The translations under genes were made by a program, and so were the position numbers. 57,842 nucleotides of DNA from a virus (Duplodnaviria; Caudoviricetes): the IMG/VR virus record IMGVR_UViG_3300029787_000045, positions 1 to 57,842 of that record; one strand, written 5' to 3'. Below are positions 46,439 to 55,993 of this stretch, piece by piece. Position 1 is the stretch's first letter. Every line of letters starts with the position of its first letter. The notes under the pieces are model-generated. The model saw only the letters and a program-made list of their open reading frames with translations. It made no database searches and was not told where the DNA came from.

Positions 46439-48741
46439 CAGACTTAACCGGAAAAACAATTGCTAATACTTATAAACAACTACTAAGAGTTGGTGTAAGT
46501 ACTAATACTGGTGTTAGTGCTGGCCTTACTACTATTGAAAGTGGTGATGGCACAGATAGTTCTTTTCAATTAGCAACTAACTCTGCTAAATTTACTGGTA
46601 CGCTTGCTGTAAATGGTGCTACTTCTATTGGTGATAGTTTGCATGTAGATGAAAAAGTATGTGCTTCTGCATTCTATGGTGATGGTTCTAATATTACTGG
46701 TGTTACTGCAACTATTGCTGGAAACATATCAGTCAGTAATGCCACAGTAGGTGGTAATTTATATGTAGGTGGTACGACTACTATAGTAGGTGCAACACAT
46801 CTACAGGCTGCTGTATCGGTTGGTGGCGCAGCACAGTTTGGTTCTACAGTTACAGTAGCAGGTGCAGCACAATTACAGAGTACAGTAACAGCCGTAGGAG
46901 CAGCTACCTTTAAATCTACAGTTACAGTAGAGAATGTAGCAGCCCTGAAAAACAATGTAACAGTAGGCGGTACATTTAATGTAGCAGGTGCTTCTGACTT
47001 TACATCCAAGGCAACTTTTAATAATGACGTATCAGTAAGCGGTAGACTTGATGTAGCAACATCAGCATGTATTGGTGGTATTCTTGATGTTGAAGGTGTA
47101 GCAAACTTTGCAACTAATGTAAGTGTAAGTGGTAATGTAAATGTTGTTGGAAATGTAACTGCTGCCTTCTTCTATGGTGATGGTCGTAATCTTACAAACG
47201 TAGAAGCAGAGTTAGGTACTGCTGCTAATATTTCTGTTGCTGGCTTTGTAAATGTAGGAACTAGTCTTTCTGTTAGCGGTACAGCCAATGTAATTGGTGC
47301 TGCTAGTTTTCAATCTACTGTTACAGCAGTTGGTGCAGCTACATTCAAAGATGATGTATCAGTAAGTGGTAATACTAGACTACTAGGTACAGTCACAGTT
47401 GGTGGGGCAGTATCTCTTGCTTCTACATTAAGTGTTGGTGGTGCCTCTAATTTTGCATCTACTGTCACAGTTGGTGGAGCAGTAAGCCTAGCATCTTCTC
47501 TTAGTGTAGGAGGAGTTGCTAACTTTGCTAATACAGTAACTATAGCTGGAGCAGTCTCTCTTGCTTCTACACTAAGTGTTGGTGGTGCCTCTAATTTTGC
47601 ATCTACTGTCACAGTAGTAGGCGCAGGTACTTTTAAAGACGACGTAAGTGTAAGTGGTAATACTAGACTGCTAGGCACAGTTACAGTTGGTGGGGCAGTT
47701 TCTTTAGCTTCTACTTTAAGTGTGGGTGGAGTTGCTAACTTTGCAAATACTGTGACAGTTGCAGGTGCTGTAAGTCTAGCCTCTACTCTCAGTGTTGGAG
47801 GAGCATCTAATTTTGCATCTACTGTCACAGTAGTAGGAGCAGGAACATTTAAAAGCAATGTATCAGTAAGTGGTAATGTAGACATAGCAGGTAATGTATC
47901 TGTAGGTGGCACACTCTTTGCTGCTGGTGGTATTACATATGATGGTGATGTATCAGTCTCTGGTAACTTAGCAGTAGGTGGTAATGTATCTGTAGGTGGC
48001 ACATTAAGTGTTACAGGCGCAGTAAGTCTAGCATCTTCTTTAAGTGTTGGTGGTGCTACTAATCTTTTAGGTACAGTGACTGCTACAGGTAATGCAGGGT
48101 TCTTAGGAACTGTTAGGGTAAGTGGAGCTACAAGTCTTGAGAATGCTTTAAATGTTACAGGAGCAGCTTTATTCTCTTCTACTGTAACTGTTGTAGGTGC
48201 AACACACTTACAAAGCACTGTCTCAGTAGCTGGAAATACACAGCTAAGTGGCACATTAACCGTAGGTGTTAATGACACCGGACATGACGTAAAATTCTTC
48301 GGAGCAACCGATGGTTCCTATATGCTATGGGATGAAAGCACTGATGATTTGATTTTGGGTGGAGATTCAAAGATGGGCATTGGTACGGCTAGCCCAGCAA
48401 AGAAATTTACCTTAGATGGTTCTTCTTTAGCCACTATTGGTACACTAACAGATGGCGCAACTATTACGCCTAACTTTGATACTAACCAGAACTTCTCTGT
48501 TACTCTTGGAGGCAACCGTACACTTGCTAATCCAAGCAACATTGATGCGGGACAGACAGGCAGTATCTTTGTTGTGCAAGATGGCACAGGATCAAGAACA
48601 TTGTCCTTTGGTTCTTATTGGAAATTTGCTGATGGTACTGCTCCTACACTATCTACCGCAGCAGGATCAGTTGATAGAATTGATTATATCGTGTACACTG
48701 CTACAGCTATTCATGCTGTTGCAACTTTTAACATAAGTTAA
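46435..48741 (+). CDS. Tail fibre with long 12-aa beta-helix repeats
   Basis: TVTVGGAVSLAS/TLSVGGASNFAS repeats, FYGDG motifs and C-terminal QDGTGSRTL..W.F..GTAPTL domain. Confidence 0.75.
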   Translation: MTDLTGKTIANTYKQLLRVGVSTNTGVSAGLTTIESGDGTDSSFQLATNSAKFTGTLAVNGATSIGDSLHVDEKVCASAFYGDGSNITGVTATIAGNISVSNATVGGNLYVGGTTTIVGATHLQAAVSVGGAAQFGSTVTVAGAAQLQSTVTAVGAATFKSTVTVENVAALKNNVTVGGTFNVAGASDFTSKATFNNDVSVSGRLDVATSACIGGILDVEGVANFATNVSVSGNVNVVGNVTAAFFYGDGRNLTNVEAELGTAANISVAGFVNVGTSLSVSGTANVIGAASFQSTVTAVGAATFKDDVSVSGNTRLLGTVTVGGAVSLASTLSVGGASNFASTVTVGGAVSLASSLSVGGVANFANTVTIAGAVSLASTLSVGGASNFASTVTVVGAGTFKDDVSVSGNTRLLGTVTVGGAVSLASTLSVGGVANFANTVTVAGAVSLASTLSVGGASNFASTVTVVGAGTFKSNVSVSGNVDIAGNVSVGGTLFAAGGITYDGDVSVSGNLAVGGNVSVGGTLSVTGAVSLASSLSVGGATNLLGTVTATGNAGFLGTVRVSGATSLENALNVTGAALFSSTVTVVGATHLQSTVSVAGNTQLSGTLTVGVNDTGHDVKFFGATDGSYMLWDESTDDLILGGDSKMGIGTASPAKKFTLDGSSLATIGTLTDGATITPNFDTNQNFSVTLGGNRTLANPSNIDAGQTGSIFVVQDGTGSRTLSFGSYWKFADGTAPTLSTAAGSVDRIDYIVYTATAIHAVATFNIS
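47300..48240 (+). repeat. 36-nt-period degenerate coding repeat
   Basis: For example AGTGTTGGTGGTGCCTCTAATTTTGCATCTACTGTCACAGT occurs at 47431 and 47575. Confidence 0.85.
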
Positions 48742-48768
48742 AGTAAAAAAGAAGAAGACTAAATATAA

Positions 48769-50967
48769 ATGGTTTTTCAAAACGACATAATTGCAGGTTC
48801 AGCAGGTGCTAGTGGTTACACCATCGAGCAGTCGATCCGGTTTAACGACAACGATTCAGGATATTTATACCGTACTCCTAGCTCTGCGACAAACAGGCGT
48901 ACTTGGACTTTAAGTTATTGGATAAAACGTGCGAACCTTGGTGGGTTTATGAACACCTTTGATGCACGATTGGACGGCGGCAACTACGCCAAGTTTCAAT
49001 TCAATAGCGGTGATTATCTCCAGCTTTTAGTTGAAACTGGTGAGGCTGGTGCGTCTAATCTTGCAACAACAAGACTTTTTCGAGACCCTAGCGCTTGGTA
49101 TCACATTGTCTTGGCCGTAGATACGACTCAATCGACAGCCGCTGATAGAGTTAAAATCTACGTCAACGGTACGCAAGAGACGAGTTTTATCTCAACAGGC
49201 TATCCAGCACAAAATTATGAGACTTTTGTAAATACTACTAATGGGCACGCTCTTGCAGGTAACTTTGGCGGCGCAGCGTTCCTTGACGGCTATATGGCAG
49301 AAATTAATTTTATTGATGGAACTCAGGCTGCTGCCTCGTCGTTTGGTGAAACCAGCAGCACTACCGGGCAGTGGGTTCCTGTAGAATACTCTGGTTCGTA
49401 TGGCACTAACGGATTCTATATAAAAGGTGAAAACAGTTCTGATCTTGGCAACGACAGCAGCGGAAACAACAATGACTTTACACCCGGTGGCTTGACCAGT
49501 GCGGATCAAATGTCTGACTCGCCCACCAATAACTTCTGCACATGGAGTTCAATTGACACTGGGTCTGGTACACTAAGTAACGGAAATCTTGTGTTAGCTG
49601 GCACCACAGATCGCAGCGGCACTTTTGGCATGACCAGTGGCAAGTGGGCATGGAAAATAACGGCAGCAGCAAACGGTGCTTTTGGTGTTGTGCAGGGTGG
49701 GCTAACCGGAACTGAAAGCACCTACTCTGCAACTAGCGGTGAAGTTTTAGAATTTCAGTTTGATGTTGATGCTGGGACTCTTAAAGTTTCCGTTGATGGT
49801 GGTGCCTATGGAAGTGTTTCAACTGGATTAACAAGTGGCCCATATTTTCCTTTAGCAAAAGCAGCTTGTTCTGCTGATTTCGGACAGTTAGGTTTTTCTC
49901 TTGATGACGCTGATTTTCAATATTTAAATACCAGCAACCTACCAAACCCGACTATTGTAGACCCGTCAGCCTATTTTCAGACCACATTATATGCAGGTAA
50001 TGGAACCGCAATAGGCAGTGGAGGTAAGGTTGTAGACCAAACAGAAAATAGCACCTTTAAACCTGACTTTGTGTGGATCAAGAACCGTAGCGCAGCAGAT
50101 AATCACATGCTCTATGATGCTGTTCGTGGAGCAACAAAAGACCTTCACAGCAACACGACTAATACGGAGGCAACAGACACGGAAGGACTGTCAACTTTTG
50201 ACGCTGACGGCTTCACGGTCGGGTCTAATGTCGAAGTTAATACCAACACCGAAAACTACGTCGCATGGCAGTGGTTAGCTAATAATACCAGTGGTAGTTC
50301 TAATACAGACGGTAGTATTACATCTACTGTAGCAGCCAATACCACGGCTGGTTTTAGTATATGTACACTAACAGGCACAGGAGGAGCGTCTACATTCGGA
50401 CATGGACTAGGTGTTACTCCTGATTTTATTATACCAATTCGACGCAATAATACGGATAGTCGTTGGACATTTCATAAATCACTAGGCCCAACGAAAGGCA
50501 TTCCGTTAAACAGTACTAACACAGCGACTACCTCAGTTAACTTTTGGAATAATACATCACCCACAAGTTCAATAGTTAATGTTGGAAATACACATAATAA
50601 TAGCGAAGATACTTATGTTTTTTACTGTTTCGCAGAAGTAGAGGGATTCAGCGCATTCGGGTCGTATGAGGGCAATGGAAGTACTAATGGACCGATGGTA
50701 AATTTAAACTTCCGGCCAGCATTTGTGATGATGAAATCTATAGATAGTACCTCTGACTGGTTCATGTTTGACGACAAACGTGAAGGATACAACGTGGATA
50801 ATGACTCGTTGTTAGCGAACACCACTGGGGCAGAAACAACAACCGACATGGTAGATTTGGTTAGCAATGGATTCAAATTAAGAATTGCGACAGACCCCAA
50901 TGTGGCCGAAACCTATATCTACGCAGCCTTCGCTGAGAACCCCTTCAAAACTGCTAACGCCCGATAA
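48769..50967 (+). CDS. Tail/receptor-binding protein with ConA-like (LamG) and SPRY-like domains
   Basis: FRDPSAWYHIV, DGYMAEINFIDG, YGTNGF, D.SGN.N, PDFVWIK.R and AFAENPF. Confidence 0.75.
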   Translation: MVFQNDIIAGSAGASGYTIEQSIRFNDNDSGYLYRTPSSATNRRTWTLSYWIKRANLGGFMNTFDARLDGGNYAKFQFNSGDYLQLLVETGEAGASNLATTRLFRDPSAWYHIVLAVDTTQSTAADRVKIYVNGTQETSFISTGYPAQNYETFVNTTNGHALAGNFGGAAFLDGYMAEINFIDGTQAAASSFGETSSTTGQWVPVEYSGSYGTNGFYIKGENSSDLGNDSSGNNNDFTPGGLTSADQMSDSPTNNFCTWSSIDTGSGTLSNGNLVLAGTTDRSGTFGMTSGKWAWKITAAANGAFGVVQGGLTGTESTYSATSGEVLEFQFDVDAGTLKVSVDGGAYGSVSTGLTSGPYFPLAKAACSADFGQLGFSLDDADFQYLNTSNLPNPTIVDPSAYFQTTLYAGNGTAIGSGGKVVDQTENSTFKPDFVWIKNRSAADNHMLYDAVRGATKDLHSNTTNTEATDTEGLSTFDADGFTVGSNVEVNTNTENYVAWQWLANNTSGSSNTDGSITSTVAANTTAGFSICTLTGTGGASTFGHGLGVTPDFIIPIRRNNTDSRWTFHKSLGPTKGIPLNSTNTATTSVNFWNNTSPTSSIVNVGNTHNNSEDTYVFYCFAEVEGFSAFGSYEGNGSTNGPMVNLNFRPAFVMMKSIDSTSDWFMFDDKREGYNVDNDSLLANTTGAETTTDMVDLVSNGFKLRIATDPNVAETYIYAAFAENPFKTANAR

Positions 50968-50981
50968 CAGGAGATACCAAA

Positions 50982-51542
50982 TTGTTTAAATATAAGACTC
51001 AAACACTCAAACCCAATAGGGCGTGGACTGATGACAATGGTATTCAGCATCCTTCTAATTGGCATCTATGGTCAAAAGAGGAAAAAGAAGCTATTGGGTT
51101 GGTAGAGATTATTTCACAAACGCCACCTGATAGTCGTTTATATACTTGGACACAAAATTCTGATGGTACAATTACATCTAAAGCTAAGAAACTAGATGAT
51201 ACAAATGAAGTAGATAAAAATGGTGATCCTCTACTAGACGAAAAGGGTAATCAGGTTGTAACTCTTGGTCTTAAATCACAGCTTATTTTAGAAGTAAAAA
51301 ACCAGCAGGGTAGTCTTCTATCTCAAACTGATTGGACTGTAGTGCGTAAGTCTGATACAGGAACTGCTATTCCTAATAACATCGCAACATGGCGTGACGC
51401 TATTCGTACTAAAGCAACTGAAATGGAAACAGCTATTGATAATGCTGCTGATACAGATGCTATAGCATCATTGTTTTTATCTTGGGATGAAGAAGGTAAT
51501 AAATCTGGTATACTTTATGATTGGCCTATATTAGTGGAATAA
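50982..51542 (+). CDS. Tail fibre assembly-like protein
   Basis: LLSQTDW...R, R.AIR and C-terminal DWP. Confidence 0.6.
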   Translation: MFKYKTQTLKPNRAWTDDNGIQHPSNWHLWSKEEKEAIGLVEIISQTPPDSRLYTWTQNSDGTITSKAKKLDDTNEVDKNGDPLLDEKGNQVVTLGLKSQLILEVKNQQGSLLSQTDWTVVRKSDTGTAIPNNIATWRDAIRTKATEMETAIDNAADTDAIASLFLSWDEEGNKSGILYDWPILVE

Positions 51543-51740
51543 ATGTTTTATTATTTAAGCGTTATCTCTTATATGACACTGGCTCCATATAATATTCCAG
51601 TAATTGAAAAATCAGTTACAGGGCATTTTCCTGATAAACATCTTTGTGAAATATACAAAAACCAAGTAGAAGAATTAGTATATAACATAGATAATGCTAA
51701 AATAATAAGTTCCAAATGTATACAAAAAATAGAGGCTTAA
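51543..51740 (+). CDS. Small hypothetical protein
   Basis: Hydrophobic N-terminus; two Cys. Confidence 0.45.
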   Translation: MFYYLSVISYMTLAPYNIPVIEKSVTGHFPDKHLCEIYKNQVEELVYNIDNAKIISSKCIQKIEA

Positions 51741-51837
51741 CGATAAGGTAAAAATAATGTTTTTGTTTCATAACTTTTTTATTAATGCCAGCACCCAAAA
51801 TAAATATATTTGTAACTACAACTGTTGGAGAAATTAA

Positions 51838-52917
51838 ATGGCAAGCACGTATACAACAAATCTAAGACTCACAAAGCAAGGAGACGGTGAGAACCCTAAT
51901 AGTTGGGGGCAAATCCTTAATGATGGAGTTATTAGTCTTGCTGATGAAGCCATTGCTGGTTATACTACTATATCAATTGGTAGTGCAGCAACTATTAATT
52001 TAACAGCAAATGATGGTGCTGATGATCAAGCACGTTCTGCTTTCTTAGAAGTTAAGGGATCAGTAGGAACTGCTGCTACTTCTATTTTTATAGTTATTCC
52101 TAATAAAACTAAATCATATGCTGTTCTTAATAAAGTATCAGCAAATAGTGATAGTAATGTAGTAATGATGCGAGTTGCTGGTAATACTGGTGTAACACTA
52201 AGTAGATCATCAACTCAGTTTCAACATGTAGTTTGTGATGGAACTTCTGTATATAATGTAGATCAATCAGAAAGTACATTTAGTACGTTAGAAGTAACGG
52301 GAGCAGCTACTTTTGATTCAACTGTAACCGTTTCTGGTGCTGCTACATTTAAAAATAATGTATCAGTAAGTGGTAATGTAGTTGCAGCAGAATTTTATGG
52401 TGGAGGCTCTAATCTAACGGGAATAGTTACAATTCCCACTGGTGCTATACTTCCGTATGCAGGAGGGAGTGCGCCAAGTGGTCATCTATTGTGTTATGGT
52501 CAAGCTATAAGTCGTTCTACTTATAGTGACTTATTTTCAGCAATTGGAACAACGTATGGCGTAGGTGATGGCTCATCTACTTTTAATATACCTGATTTAC
52601 GTGGTCGTGTAGTTGCTGGTCAGGATGATATGGGTGGTTCAAGTGCCAATCGTCTAACAGATCAGTCAGGTGGTGTTAATGGTGATGTATTAGGTGATAC
52701 AGGTGGTGCTGAAACACATACACTAACAGTTTCTGAACTAGCAGCACATACTCATAGTACGTATGAATTATGGAATCAACATGCAGGAAATCCTCAAAGC
52801 CCTCCTCCTTATGAGGTTCAAAATAATACTGGCGGTACTACTGGAAGTGCTGGTGGAGATTCTGCACATAATAACGTACAGCCTACAATTATTCTTAACT
52901 ATATTATTAAGACTTAA
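51838..52917 (+). CDS. Tail fibre with phage tail-collar domain
   Basis: PTGAILPYAG..AP.G.L.C.GQ..SR..Y..LF.AIGT.YG, F.IPDLRGR and HNNVQP...LNYIIK. Confidence 0.85.
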   Translation: MASTYTTNLRLTKQGDGENPNSWGQILNDGVISLADEAIAGYTTISIGSAATINLTANDGADDQARSAFLEVKGSVGTAATSIFIVIPNKTKSYAVLNKVSANSDSNVVMMRVAGNTGVTLSRSSTQFQHVVCDGTSVYNVDQSESTFSTLEVTGAATFDSTVTVSGAATFKNNVSVSGNVVAAEFYGGGSNLTGIVTIPTGAILPYAGGSAPSGHLLCYGQAISRSTYSDLFSAIGTTYGVGDGSSTFNIPDLRGRVVAGQDDMGGSSANRLTDQSGGVNGDVLGDTGGAETHTLTVSELAAHTHSTYELWNQHAGNPQSPPPYEVQNNTGGTTGSAGGDSAHNNVQPTIILNYIIKT

Positions 52918-52919
52918 GT

Positions 52920-54785
52920 ATGACTTTTCTATCTAAAGTTAATTTAAAGCCCGGACTTCATAGAGAATCTACTCAATATGAAGAAGAGGGTAAATGGTTT
53001 GATGGGGATCATGTACGTTTTCGTTCTGGTAAACCTGAGAACATGCGTGGATATGAAACTAAAGTTTCCACTGCTTTTGATGGAAGTGCTAGAGATTTAA
53101 TTACTTATAAGAGTGGGTCTAATAATAAGAAGAGAGCAGTCTTTGGAACTCCTGATAAACTCTATGAACATGATGGAGATAGGATTGTAGACATCACTCC
53201 TATTGTTACAGCAGTTACCTTGGCAAACTGTTTTGGTACTTCCAGTGGGGAAACCAGAGTATGTTGTTCTGATGCTGGACATGGACAAGTAGTAGGTAAC
53301 TATGTACTGTTTACTTCAACTGCTGTTTTTAATGCTGTAAGTTTAAGTACTAATGTATATCCTATTACGTCTGTAGTAAATGCTAATGTATTTACAATTA
53401 GTGTAAGTAGTGCTGCTAATGCAACAGGTAGTGATGTAGGATCAGCAACCTTTAATTATCTACTGCCTACAGGTAATTCTATAGCAGTAGCGGGTACTGG
53501 TTATGGTGCCGCACTTTTTCAAGCTGGTGTATGTGCTTCTCAGACACGAGCATGGAATGAAGCAGTAAGTGCTGATGCAACTGATTTAGTTTTTGATATA
53601 TCACAATGGAGCCTTGACAACTGGGGTGATGATGTGGTAGCTAATAGGAATGGTGGTAATATATTTTACTTTGAGAGTGATGCTTCTACCGTACCTATAA
53701 GGGCTACTTCTATAACAACTTCTCCAATTAGTGTCAACTCAATTATTGTATCTCCTAATGATAGACATCTTATTGCTTTAGGCGCAAATGAATTTTCTCC
53801 TACTGCTACAGTAAGTGGTACATTTAATCCTATGTTGGTACGATGGTCTGATCAAGATAATCGTACTAATTGGGTTCCTTCAGTTAGTTCTACATCTGGT
53901 GAAGTAGTCTTAACTGATGGTACTAAAATTGTAGGGGCAACTCGTTCTAGGAGTGCTATACACATTTGGACTGATAATGCAATGTGGTTGATGTCATTTG
54001 CTGGGCCTCCCTTTACTTTTAAGTTTACTCCTGCTGGTACTAACTGTGGTTTGATAGCTCCTCATGCAGTAGTTGATTATAATGGTATATCTTACTGGAT
54101 GGGCTATGATAACTTCTATATGTATGATGGTCAAGTAAGAACTCTTGACTGTACAGTACGTAAGTTTATTTTTGATAGATTAAGTGTTAAGTTTAAAGAT
54201 AAAGTTTATGTAGGTGTTAATTCAGAATTTAAAGAGATTATATGGTTATATGCTTCTAATGAGTCAGGAGTGACAGAGTGTGATAGTTATGTAATATACT
54301 CACCTGAGAATGACTACTGGACATATGGTACAGGAGTATTTACTACATTTGCAGATAAAGAAGTCTTTGGTAATACAATTACTACAGGTGTCTCTCTTAA
54401 TGATAGTGGTGCATCTACAGGTAATAATAAAATATTTGATAATGAACCAGCAGATTACTTTACAGAAAACAATAGAACAATTACTTCTTTTATTGAGTCT
54501 GCTGACTTTGATATAGAGGATGGTAATAAAATATTATTTATGAATAAACTAATTCCTGATTTTGATTTAAATACAGGTAAGTTAAAAGTAAAGATTATTA
54601 CTAAGAAGTATCCAGAAAGTAATGAAGAAATAACTAAAGAGTTTGATGTCACACAGTTGACAGATAAAATTAACTTTAGAGCAAGGGGAAGGCAAGCGAA
54701 AATTAGGGTATCTTGTAGTTCACAGGGGTCTAGCTGGCAATGGGGATCAGTCAGAATAGCGGCTCAAGGTGATGGGGAAAGATAG
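52920..54785 (+). CDS. Tail nozzle / DNA stabilisation protein (beta-propeller type)
   Basis: 621 aa, beta-rich; VRWSDQ, F.E..W.Y and RARGRQ motifs; precedes the ejection genes. Confidence 0.7.
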   Translation: MTFLSKVNLKPGLHRESTQYEEEGKWFDGDHVRFRSGKPENMRGYETKVSTAFDGSARDLITYKSGSNNKKRAVFGTPDKLYEHDGDRIVDITPIVTAVTLANCFGTSSGETRVCCSDAGHGQVVGNYVLFTSTAVFNAVSLSTNVYPITSVVNANVFTISVSSAANATGSDVGSATFNYLLPTGNSIAVAGTGYGAALFQAGVCASQTRAWNEAVSADATDLVFDISQWSLDNWGDDVVANRNGGNIFYFESDASTVPIRATSITTSPISVNSIIVSPNDRHLIALGANEFSPTATVSGTFNPMLVRWSDQDNRTNWVPSVSSTSGEVVLTDGTKIVGATRSRSAIHIWTDNAMWLMSFAGPPFTFKFTPAGTNCGLIAPHAVVDYNGISYWMGYDNFYMYDGQVRTLDCTVRKFIFDRLSVKFKDKVYVGVNSEFKEIIWLYASNESGVTECDSYVIYSPENDYWTYGTGVFTTFADKEVFGNTITTGVSLNDSGASTGNNKIFDNEPADYFTENNRTITSFIESADFDIEDGNKILFMNKLIPDFDLNTGKLKVKIITKKYPESNEEITKEFDVTQLTDKINFRARGRQAKIRVSCSSQGSSWQWGSVRIAAQGDGER

Positions 54786-55069
54786 TGGCAAGATACCCAA
54801 CATTTCCAACAAGCTTTAACGGTGTAAGCAATACAGAGTTAAGAGAATTATATACGACTTTAGAAACTTGGTCTGCTCTCTTAACTAATGAACTAGAAAA
54901 TAGAGATGTATTAGTAGATGCGGCACCCTCTACTAATATTTATACAGTAGTTACTGTAACAGACATTGGAAGACCACGTAAAGGAGACATTGCATATTCA
55001 GCTAGTAGTGGTAAGTACAAAGGATATGTAAGTCTGGGAGCAGAAACATCTTGGCAGAGTTTAAATTAA
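54785..55069 (+). CDS. Hypothetical protein
   Basis: GTG start overlapping the previous stop. Confidence 0.55.
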   Translation: MARYPTFPTSFNGVSNTELRELYTTLETWSALLTNELENRDVLVDAAPSTNIYTVVTVTDIGRPRKGDIAYSASSGKYKGYVSLGAETSWQSLN

Positions 55070-55275
55070 TGAAAAAAATGACATCTAATGAATACTATAA
55101 ATTAATTAATAATAGTACTTACATAAGTAATCTTAATCAAGGTAATATTATTGATCCATCTAGGTATTTACTAACACAAAAAATAAAAACATTTAAGAAG
55201 ATAAAATCTAAAGATGATTCTAACTTTATGGCAGATCAAACAAAGGCTCAGTCTAATTACGGAAGAGTGAAATAA
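55069..55275 (+). CDS. Hypothetical protein
   Basis: TAATG overlaps on both sides. Confidence 0.5.
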   Translation: MKKMTSNEYYKLINNSTYISNLNQGNIIDPSRYLLTQKIKTFKKIKSKDDSNFMADQTKAQSNYGRVK

Positions 55276-55991
55276 TGGCAATACCTGAAATGCAAGCTAT
55301 ACAAAAAGCTACACAAACTGATACTTTAACAGATGATGCTGCTTTAATGGCTATGTCTCAAGAGAATAATCCTAGACCTGTAATAGGTATGGAGAGTATG
55401 CCAATGAAAGCAGCAACACCTCCTCCTTCTCCTATATCAATGCCTGTAGAATCTCCAAAAACATTTAATACAATGTTAAAAAAGATTGCAACTGAAATAG
55501 GATTACCTAATTTAGTTAATAACGCTATATCACCAGAAGTTAAAAAAGTAATTGAAAAAAAAGAAGAGCAAGAAAACCAAGTTGCATTGCAACAAAAAGC
55601 AATTGAAGACAATATTATTATGCAAGCTATGCAAAGATATTCTCAAGATCAAAATGCTGCAACAGAAAGTGGTGGCTTAATAGGTATGGCAGAAGGTGGT
55701 GGATTTTCCGGTAAAGTACCGGGACGAGGACATGGCATGGAAGATAATGTTTACATGCCAATAGTAGAACGAGAAGAGGGAAGTCAAGTAGGTGTACTTG
55801 CTGTTAGCCCTGATGAATATGTAGTAGATGCACATACAATGTCAGCACTTGGTAATGGTAGTGCAGATGCAGGAGCAGAAGTTATGGATAAAGTAGTAAA
55901 GAGTGTAAGATCAAAAGCATACGGTACAACGCAGCAACCGAATGAAATTAATGGATTAGCTGCACTACGACCAATGATTGAAAGGGTATAA
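55275..55991 (+). CDS. Probable internal virion protein
   Basis: MAEGG..G...G.G.G..D, S..EYV..A...S.LGNGS..AGA C-terminal domain. Confidence 0.65.
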   Translation: MAIPEMQAIQKATQTDTLTDDAALMAMSQENNPRPVIGMESMPMKAATPPPSPISMPVESPKTFNTMLKKIATEIGLPNLVNNAISPEVKKVIEKKEEQENQVALQQKAIEDNIIMQAMQRYSQDQNAATESGGLIGMAEGGGFSGKVPGRGHGMEDNVYMPIVEREEGSQVGVLAVSPDEYVVDAHTMSALGNGSADAGAEVMDKVVKSVRSKAYGTTQQPNEINGLAALRPMIERV

Positions 55992-55993
55992 CA

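Noticed and set aside
47310-48278. 322-aa minus-strand ORF (also 46674-47009)
   Set aside because: Antisense shadow of the repetitive fibre gene, with no independent signals.
46435-52917. Diversity-generating retroelement acting on tail fibres
   Set aside because: No reverse transcriptase ORF, and no repeat pair differing only at adenines was seen.
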